IMG/VR virus record: IMGVR_UViG_3300037047_000308
Coordinates: 1-41,887 of that record
Strand: one strand, 5' to 3'
DNA from: a virus
Lineage: Duplodnaviria > Caudoviricetes
DNA: 41,887 nucleotides
The position numbers and the translations under genes were made by a program. Shown in pieces: positions 8,770 to 15,015 of the stretch. How positions within the stretch are numbered: the first letter of the stretch is position 1; each line of letters begins with the position of its first letter. The notes under the pieces were generated by a model. It did not search any database, was not told where the DNA came from, and worked only from the letters and a program-made list of their open reading frames with translations.

Positions 8770-9324
8770 ATGGTGATTGAGAAAGACAAGATTAGAGTGA
8801 TATATGGAGAGCTTCAGGGCTATCTATCCCAGACACCAAAACCCAGTAGCCCGACAGATATCTTTGCAACCGACTCCTCTTGGCAAAGATACAACATAGC
8901 CGTTGGGGATTTGTCGAAGATCACCGGAGAGGACTTCGCACGCTTCCAGATACGACCAACCAGACAAAACAGATACGACATAGTCCACATAGAAGACTAC
9001 CGGCAAGCACTGAATGGCTTGATTAACACTCTCCATGCCTTGTATTTTGGGGACGAACCGCGACCCTTTGGTGGTTCTCCGACAACAGTTATCTCGCAAA
9101 CTCAATATCAGGTTCAGTCTATACAAATGCTCCTGGACTTCCAAAGCAAGATCGACAAAGCTTTGCAAAACGTTGAAGAAAACAGTACCAAAAAGAAATT
9201 TCTAGAAAAGATGAAAGGCAGTTTAAGCACCATAAAGAACGTAACCGAACTGTTCTCGCTTGTCCTTAAGCTGGCAAAAGAATACGGTCTCGGTTTGGGT
9301 GATCTGATATCGATATTCACGTAG
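8770..9324 (+). CDS. Cassette 3: hypothetical protein
   Basis: RBS GGAGG, 184-aa ORF directly after attC. Confidence 0.75.
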   Translation: MVIEKDKIRVIYGELQGYLSQTPKPSSPTDIFATDSSWQRYNIAVGDLSKITGEDFARFQIRPTRQNRYDIVHIEDYRQALNGLINTLHALYFGDEPRPFGGSPTTVISQTQYQVQSIQMLLDFQSKIDKALQNVEENSTKKKFLEKMKGSLSTIKNVTELFSLVLKLAKEYGLGLGDLISIFT

Positions 9325-9325
9325 T

Positions 9326-9348
9326 TCCGGGTTAGCTCCCCGTCATGT
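9326..9348 (+). other. Right-half attC remnant with mutated core (GTCATGT)
   Basis: TCCGGGTTA-N7-GTC has the same spacing as TCCGGGTTA-N7-GTT in the attC at 11108; GTCATGT approximates the complement of R'' GCATAAC at 10161. Confidence 0.5.
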
Positions 9349-9371
9349 TCTAAAAACAAGGAAAGTAGACG

Positions 9372-10157
9372 ATGGAAGTTCCCAGCGACGTATCCAAACT
9401 GATTAAAGGCAGTGGTAATAATTTCCACGCGAAAGTGGCCCGTTGGTTATCTAACGACGGCTGGCATGTTATCGTGAGTCCCTACTATATGGATCAGACC
9501 CAGAACAAAGCTCGTGAAATAGATATAATTGCCGAGAAGCTCTGGCCAGTAAAGAATTTATTCGGTCGGCATACGGAAGAAGTAGCCGTGCGACTGTTTA
9601 TTGAGTGCAAGTTTGTTACTTCATATTCAGTGTTTTGGTTCGCCGAGAAAGACGAGAAATCCTCTCTAGACCTTGTATGCAGTACTAGTCCTTTCCAAAA
9701 GAACAACTTATACACAGCGAAGCATCACTACTTGGCCGGAAATCCGAATGTTGCCAAGTTGTTCACGACGAGCGTGAGTAAGACCTCGGAAAACGAACCT
9801 TTCTACAAGGCACTGAACCAAGCGCTGAACGCCATGGTATCAATGCGTGGTCAGGCTATTTCAGTGCCAGCACTGAGGGAATCGCGAACGAGCCCAAAAG
9901 CGCTCATTGAATTCCCAGTCATCGTTTGCAGCTCATTCGAGAAGATGTTCGCTGTCGACTTCTATATCGACTCACAGCCGCAGTCAATAAAAGACAACTT
10001 CCAGCTCGAGGTGCGCTACGCCTATGTTGACAGATACAACAAACAGCGCAACGACTATTTCTTGCTTGATTTTGTCGAATTCAACCAGCTCAAGGAGTTT
10101 GCCAAAGCTATCAATGAGGATGCTAAGGCTGCCGCATATTTAGCGGCTCCAAATTAA
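9372..10157 (+). CDS. Cassette 4: PD-(D/E)XK restriction-endonuclease-like protein
   Basis: SGNNFHAKVARWL..YYMD..REIDIIA..LFIECK..IEFPVIV. Confidence 0.72.
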   Translation: MEVPSDVSKLIKGSGNNFHAKVARWLSNDGWHVIVSPYYMDQTQNKAREIDIIAEKLWPVKNLFGRHTEEVAVRLFIECKFVTSYSVFWFAEKDEKSSLDLVCSTSPFQKNNLYTAKHHYLAGNPNVAKLFTTSVSKTSENEPFYKALNQALNAMVSMRGQAISVPALRESRTSPKALIEFPVIVCSSFEKMFAVDFYIDSQPQSIKDNFQLEVRYAYVDRYNKQRNDYFLLDFVEFNQLKEFAKAINEDAKAAAYLAAPN

Positions 10158-10160
10158 GCA

Positions 10161-10209
10161 GCATAACAAACGGATGGGGACGACTAATTACAGTCGCGGT
10201 TCACCCCAT
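10161..10209 (+). other. Left-half attC (GCATAAC AAACG GATG..) interrupted by an ATGGGG..CCCCAT hairpin
   Basis: Canonical R'' 4 bp after the stop; no L'/R' at the expected spacing; inverted ends at 10174-10179 and 10204-10209 with inner CGACT/AGTCG stem. Confidence 0.55.
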
Positions 10210-10238
10210 TATTTCCTGAAAGCAATAATTTGTGCCAT
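10209..10238 (-). pseudogene. Divergent ORF stub MAQIIAFRK*, possible second integrase 5' remnant
   Basis: CTGAAAGCAATAATTTG at 10216-10232 identical to 7492-7508; same orientation relative to the second attI-like site. Confidence 0.35.
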
Positions 10239-10533
10239 ACTCAACTATTTTCATCTTGCAATCGAAACCAGGTTGGGGGATAATAAGCTTTGGGGGACGC
10301 TCAATGTTCTTTGAAGTGCATATCTTCGTGGGCATAAGGGCAAGAAACAGATCACAGAATACTATCACGCCACCCTTTAGAACCACCTCTGCCAGACATC
10401 CTTTAAAAAAGTATATTCCTTTTTTTGCACGTACTATCAGCAATTGTCATAAAAGAACATGTTCCTCTTAGTATATTGATAAGTTATGAGTGCTTTTGAT
10501 TTTATGATGTTAATGAGATCAGGAAAAATAGGC

Positions 10534-10557
10534 AACTTGGTATATTTATTTTTAGCA
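10534..10557 (+). other. attI-like site 2 (core T|TTAGCA)
   Basis: AACTTGGTATATTTATTTTTA 18/21 identical to site 1; TTAGCA (10552-10557) complements R'' TGCTAAC at 11108; the conserved G is replaced by T. Confidence 0.55.
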
Positions 10558-10570
10558 CAGGAGAATCGAA

Positions 10571-11113
10571 ATGAACGTTAACGGTATTCCTGCGAAGTTG
10601 TTCGATTCAATTGAAAAGGTTCTCCGATATATCGTTCCTGGGCTGCTATTCGTTCTTCTCGTAAAATCGTCATATTCACAAGCTACACTCAATCAGCTGA
10701 GCCCTAACATCTCTCAGACAGAGTTTTACTTTCTCTCTCCGGTTTTTGGCTTTGTAATCTATGTCATTCACAGAGTGATCTTCTGGCTGGTAGACTGCGT
10801 ATGCCGTTCGCGTCGCAATATGACTCTACTTGAGTCATTGCGTGGCCAGGCAATGCGAAAAGAAAAGTGTACTGAACTTACGGGAATCCTTTACTATCGT
10901 TGGGCACTGCTTCATTTTGGGCTAATACTTGCGGAATTGGTTCTTGTCTTCTCGCTGCTTTTGACCGAAAAGGGTACGGTCGTAGCATCGCACGCGGTCG
11001 CAATACCTATACTAGCAGTTGCGTTCTTTGTCCTTTGTTTCTGCTTCTACTGTCAGCTAAATATGGCGGATTTGGAGTCAATTAAGGAGTACACTAAAAA
11101 ATCAAGTTGCTAA
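10571..11113 (+). CDS. Cassette 5: membrane protein with about four hydrophobic segments
   Basis: RBS AGGAG; hydrophobic stretches YIVPGLLFVLLV, VFGFVIYVIHRVIFWLV, FGLILAELVLVFSLLL, IPILAVAFFVLCFCFY; stop lies inside attC R''. Confidence 0.8.
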   Translation: MNVNGIPAKLFDSIEKVLRYIVPGLLFVLLVKSSYSQATLNQLSPNISQTEFYFLSPVFGFVIYVIHRVIFWLVDCVCRSRRNMTLLESLRGQAMRKEKCTELTGILYYRWALLHFGLILAELVLVFSLLLTEKGTVVASHAVAIPILAVAFFVLCFCFYCQLNMADLESIKEYTKKSSC

Positions 11114-11173
11114 CAATCGCATGAACCCGATCGTGTCCCTGACGGGCCACTCCGGGTTATGTGTGCGTTCGCC
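11108..11173 (+). other. attC site (66 bp)
   Basis: R'' TGCTAAC, 5 bp, L'' CATGAACC, L' GGTTATG, 5 bp, R' GTTCGCC. Confidence 0.9.
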
Positions 11174-11190
11174 TGATCTCGGAGACCTTA

Positions 11191-12087
11191 ATGAAGAATA
11201 CCGACTGGCCCACCTCAGAAATCTTTCGAATCGCTCAAACATCGGGCAAGCCCCTCGAGGTCGTGTCCGCTGAGGCTTTCCTGGGAGCGGGATGGACCGC
11301 TCGACTCGGCTCGTATTATTCAGACGGTGCTCTTGACATTCCGCGTGAACTCGATGTCTTGGCTGAAAGAACAGTCGATCTCGATGTCGGTATCGGGTTG
11401 AAGCTTCGAGTTCGCGCGCTGGTCTCGTGTCGAGGATTTCCGGAAGAGCGATCCCCCGTCTTCTACTCAGTTTCTTCCGAGTCTGTCCCGAGTTTTGAGC
11501 CACGACTGTTCGTCGAGCACCGGGGGGCTTGGGCCGTTGATCCAACAGGTCTCTCATACGGATCTCTTACTACGCTCGAGCGCCGAGCTGCCGACCGCAC
11601 GCTTGAGCTCTGTGGCCTAACCGGCGCGCGGCCAGTCGCCGCCATGGACATGATCGAGCGCGCGGAGGGCGGTTCGAAGGCAAAGACTGGCGGCAAGCCG
11701 CAACCGTCCAACGTCACATACGCGCGGATGAAGGATGGTGATAGCACGTTGTTCAAAGCGGCCGATAGCGCGATTAAGGCCGCATTCTATTGGAAGCAGG
11801 AAGACTACCAGCGTGGGGGCGATTTCGCGGCCATCAATATTCCTGTGTGTGTCTTGAGCTGTCCGTTCTGGGATGTACCGATCGATCATGGAACCACTGG
11901 TCACCCAAAGATACGCGGTAAGGGCTATATGGTGAACTTGTATCCCGCGCGTCCTTTTGCAAAGGAACTCATGTGCTTGTTTTGGGCTGCGGACCAAGTG
12001 CCGTCGCTCGTGACCGCGCTTGATGAGTTGCTCTCCTGGTTCTCTGGTCAAATCAGGGATGCATACAGTGCATCAAAGCCGGGCTAA
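11191..12087 (+). CDS. Cassette 6: PD-(D/E)XK-like protein related to cassette 4, with non-canonical motif (start reassigned to ATG 11191)
   Basis: SGKPLE..YYSD..RELDVLA..ALVSCRG..INIPVCV; RBS GGAG; visibly more GC-rich than neighbours. Confidence 0.65.
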   Translation: MKNTDWPTSEIFRIAQTSGKPLEVVSAEAFLGAGWTARLGSYYSDGALDIPRELDVLAERTVDLDVGIGLKLRVRALVSCRGFPEERSPVFYSVSSESVPSFEPRLFVEHRGAWAVDPTGLSYGSLTTLERRAADRTLELCGLTGARPVAAMDMIERAEGGSKAKTGGKPQPSNVTYARMKDGDSTLFKAADSAIKAAFYWKQEDYQRGGDFAAINIPVCVLSCPFWDVPIDHGTTGHPKIRGKGYMVNLYPARPFAKELMCLFWAADQVPSLVTALDELLSWFSGQIRDAYSASKPG

Positions 12088-12144
12088 CCACGCCATGCAC
12101 CCGATCGCGCAAACGGCGCGCTCCGGGTGGTGGCCATGTTCGGT
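12082..12144 (+). other. attC site (63 bp)
   Basis: R'' GGCTAAC (contains stop), 5 bp, L'' CATGCACC, GCGC/GCGC stem, L' GGTGGTG, 5 bp, R' GTTCGGT. Confidence 0.9.
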
Positions 12145-12172
12145 ACAAAAGAAATGAAAGAGGAGGGTTAAA

Positions 12173-12901
12173 ATGTCATTAGCGTGGCATGAAGCTTTGG
12201 ACAAGGTGCGTCAATATGCTTTCAAGGTAATTACTCCCAACGGTTCTGGAACGGGTTTCGTTATTACCTACCAAGACAGCCCCGGCGTGTGCGGTCTTGC
12301 GACAGCCTACCACGTAATCGATCACGCGTATACTTGGGAGGAACCCATAAAAGTGCTTCATGCTCAAACAGGGAAAGAGGTTATTTTGCGGGCGCCTGAC
12401 AGGTATATCTTTACGAACCCCCAAAACGACGCTGCACTTGTCATGTTCATGCGTAATGATTTGGCCATAGAATGTAGTACGCTTCCGCTGATACCAGAAG
12501 ACAACTATCTGAAACCGGCAAATGAACTGGGTTGGGCGGGTTATCCTGTAATTGCTCCAAATGAATTCTCCTTCTTTAGCGGACACGTAAGCTGCTACCT
12601 AGCAAGAGAGAAGTCATATCTTGTCGACGGTGTGGCCATAAATGGTGTTAGCGGTGGTCCAGCTTTTACAATTTTCGGGGACGAAGTCCACATCGTTGGA
12701 ATTGTCTCTGCCTATATTCCAAACCGAATTACAGGCGAGAACCTCCCGGGCGTTTGTTATGTCAGCGGAGTTGATCCTTTTCATGAGTTTATGAAAGACA
12801 TCAATTCCCTTGAAGAAGCCCGGACAAAAGGTGAAGTTACGGAGCATGCAACATCTTCGGATATGGTGCCGACAACCGCTCAACGACCATCGGGCCGATA
12901 A
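12173..12901 (+). CDS. Cassette 7: trypsin-like serine protease
   Basis: GSGTGF, TAYHV (His), NDAALV (Asp), GYP, NGVSGGP (Ser), VGIVS; no signal peptide; RBS GAGGAGG. Confidence 0.88.
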   Translation: MSLAWHEALDKVRQYAFKVITPNGSGTGFVITYQDSPGVCGLATAYHVIDHAYTWEEPIKVLHAQTGKEVILRAPDRYIFTNPQNDAALVMFMRNDLAIECSTLPLIPEDNYLKPANELGWAGYPVIAPNEFSFFSGHVSCYLAREKSYLVDGVAINGVSGGPAFTIFGDEVHIVGIVSAYIPNRITGENLPGVCYVSGVDPFHEFMKDINSLEEARTKGEVTEHATSSDMVPTTAQRPSGR

Positions 12902-12948
12902 GCTTACCACCTCTAACGACATGGAGGGAAAGTTCCTAAAACAAGCAT

Positions 12949-13011
12949 CCCGAACGAGCCGCTACAGCCAATCGCCGATAAAGCCGGCTCTGGCTGAGCT
13001 TTTTGTTGGAC
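12949..13011 (+). other. attC site (63 bp)
   Basis: R'' CCCGAAC, 5 bp, L'' GCTACAGC, L' GCTGAGC, 5 bp, R' GTTGGAC. Confidence 0.88.
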
Positions 13012-13022
13012 TAGGAGCGTAA

Positions 13023-13973
13023 ATGATGAAATCATCTCACAAAGTGTTTTTTGCTATCCCTTTTGATTCAGCGACCAAGAATATGTATGAAAGCATTCGC
13101 CAGACAATAAGGGTAAAATTTCCTTCCGTTACGACCGTGATCGGCAATCAAGAAATAGGGCCTTCACAAAAATACTCTGACATTGCATCATTCAAAGCGC
13201 AAAACCAAGAACTTATGAGACAGTTTGTGCACCAAATTAGAAATGCTGACATCGTTATTGCAGATTTAACAAACAATAACCCAAATGTCCATGTTGAGCT
13301 TGGCATTGCCTTAGTGGAGAACAAGAATATATTACGAGTGACCGGCCGACCTGTTACAGAGTTAGGATTTGATGTTAGAGGATTAGAAGTACATCCGTAC
13401 AAAGACGAGGCTCAACTAACTGCAACCATAACGGATTATCTAACCCTTTTTTTTGAAATCAAGAAGCTCCCGATTTCAAATCACTTTCCCCAGTTGTATT
13501 TCAAAGAACCCGGTCTACTGGAGCTGAGAGCACTGGATAGAGGAATTGAACTTGATGTATACCCCAGCCGTCCAAATATCTTTAGAATAAGAGATGGCGC
13601 AATAAAAGTTGAATTTGAAATCCTTAAAGCAAGGAAACCGGAGGATTGGTTTGGTATATACTTAAGAGTAGGATCAAATATTGTCATCGGTAGCTATCTC
13701 GTGTATGTGCGTGAAAAAGGATCACTTGAAATTCTGTCATACCCTGAACGTCAGATTTTGAAAACCGCAGAAATTGGTCATTCAATATCAGGTAGACATA
13801 TTTTGACTGTAGAGATGGAGAATGATTACCTCGAAGCAAGTATAGCGAAAACACAACTGACAATTGACAATCTGTCTCATCAAATAGCAGGTCACATACA
13901 TCCAGCATCATTTTACGCTAACGTAAATATATACGCGTTTGAGATGATTAGTCGGGATACTATCGATTGGTAA
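13023..13973 (+). CDS. Cassette 8: nucleoside 2-deoxyribosyltransferase/TIR-like N-terminal domain plus beta-rich C-terminal domain
   Basis: KVFFAIPF..IRNADIVIADLTNNNPNVHVELGIA..FDV; RBS AGGAG; no downstream attC seen. Confidence 0.75.
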   Translation: MMKSSHKVFFAIPFDSATKNMYESIRQTIRVKFPSVTTVIGNQEIGPSQKYSDIASFKAQNQELMRQFVHQIRNADIVIADLTNNNPNVHVELGIALVENKNILRVTGRPVTELGFDVRGLEVHPYKDEAQLTATITDYLTLFFEIKKLPISNHFPQLYFKEPGLLELRALDRGIELDVYPSRPNIFRIRDGAIKVEFEILKARKPEDWFGIYLRVGSNIVIGSYLVYVREKGSLEILSYPERQILKTAEIGHSISGRHILTVEMENDYLEASIAKTQLTIDNLSHQIAGHIHPASFYANVNIYAFEMISRDTIDW

Positions 13974-14078
13974 ACATACGGGGTTGAGGGACGCCCATTA
14001 AATTTTCAAATTCTCAAAAACTCGTCTCCGACTCGTGACCCCGTTTTCACTTCCAAGTCAACAAACGCGATCGCCAAT

Positions 14079-14115
14079 AAATTGTGAAGCCATCTGCCAG
14101 ATCGCTTCACAATTT
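14079..14115. promoter_or_regulatory. 37-bp palindromic site upstream of the terminase operon (candidate late-promoter regulator site)
   Basis: AAATTGTGAAGC-CATCTG-C-CAGATC-GCTTCACAATTT; related copy at 19160-19190. Confidence 0.65.
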
Positions 14116-14132
14116 TGTGCTATGGCTATGCC

Positions 14133-15014
14133 ATGGCAGCCGAAATCACGCCCGATGTCATCAATGCAGCCCTCGTCTCTTCAGAAAGGATACAATACCG
14201 CAACCTTCTGGTCCTCCTTAACGACGGCAAGGTCCTGACCGATTCCCAGCAGAAGAAATACGACGCTTACCGCGCCAAATGCGAGAAATACGCCGCCGCC
14301 TTGGAGGCCTCCTCTTCTCCGAACTCCGAACTCTCTGCTCCGAACTCTGATTCGGCAGACGCCGAATCAGTAGGCATCCCTTCCGATCTCCGTGTAAGGC
14401 GACGGTATACCATGTCGCCGGAGGCTATTGCCCAGCGGAAGGCCGCTTCCAATTCCCCGGCCAAGGCAGCCGCCATGGAGGGCAACCGCAACGGCTGGAA
14501 ACACGGCCACTTTGCAAATAATTTCATCAACAAGCTGAAGCCCTGCCTGTCCACGTGCCCCAACTATCCCTGCTCCCTTGTTGAAAACGGCGAGGTCGAG
14601 CCGGGCGACGACTGTCTAGACAAGGCCGATATTATTAGTTTTTTCCGCTCCATCCATGCCGCGGTGCAGGACAAGAATTATGAATCCTTCAACGATCTTG
14701 CCTCTCTGCAGATCGCCAACACCATCAAGGTTGTAGAGATGCTCGTGGAGGACGTCATCCGCGACGGCACGGTGGTCAAGCGCGAACGCTATGATAAGGA
14801 CGGCCGTCTTTCCACCATCGAGTATGTCCCGCACCCCTCGCTTCTGGCCCTGCCCAAGCTCGTGGCCGACCTCGGCCTGAACCCCGCCGAGTTTCTCATT
14901 ACCCCGAGGTCCCTGAAACGTGCCGACTCCGAGGAATCGACCGCCAACACCCTGGCCGAAATGATGTCCCGTGCGGGCAGGGTCTTCAAAAAGCCCCAGC
15001 CTAAAGAGGAATAA
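14133..15014 (+). CDS. Terminase small subunit-like protein
   Basis: GNRNGWKHG motif, Cys cluster CLSTCPNYPC..C, position directly upstream of large terminase. Confidence 0.65.
   Translation: MAAEITPDVINAALVSSERIQYRNLLVLLNDGKVLTDSQQKKYDAYRAKCEKYAAALEASSSPNSELSAPNSDSADAESVGIPSDLRVRRRYTMSPEAIAQRKAASNSPAKAAAMEGNRNGWKHGHFANNFINKLKPCLSTCPNYPCSLVENGEVEPGDDCLDKADIISFFRSIHAAVQDKNYESFNDLASLQIANTIKVVEMLVEDVIRDGTVVKRERYDKDGRLSTIEYVPHPSLLALPKLVADLGLNPAEFLITPRSLKRADSEESTANTLAEMMSRAGRVFKKPQPKEE
14317..14351 (+). repeat. Heptamer tandem repeat (CTCCGAA-type) x5, in frame
   Basis: CTCCGAA CTCCGAA CTCTCTG CTCCGAA CTCTGAT. Confidence 0.8.
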
Positions 15015-15015
15015 C

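Larger units (their letters stand above)
7732..13973 (+). mobile_element. Integron-type gene cassette array without integrase (CALIN-like, with attI/Pc remnants), 8 cassette ORFs
   Basis: Co-oriented single ORFs separated by attC sites; each cassette's 5' core matches its own downstream R''; base composition visibly heterogeneous between ORFs. Confidence 0.88.

Noticed and set aside
10455-10464. LexA box GAACATGTTC
   Set aside because: Spacer is 2 bp, not the 4 bp of GAAC-N4-GTTC, and the host motif is unknown
10201-10471. 80-aa and 79-aa ORFs on opposite strands
   Set aside because: No RBS or motif; lie in the AT-rich leader of platform 2
8186-13011. CRISPR array or terminators as explanation of the intergenic hairpins
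   Set aside because: Hairpins are separated by whole genes, are non-identical and have attC box geometry
13974-14078. attC after cassette 8
   Set aside because: No R'' resembling GTCCAAC and no paired L boxes found
7450-14100. Intact integron integrase or any tyrosine recombinase
   Set aside because: No ORF with recognisable tyrosine-recombinase catalytic motifs in the six-frame track; only 9-11 codon stubs
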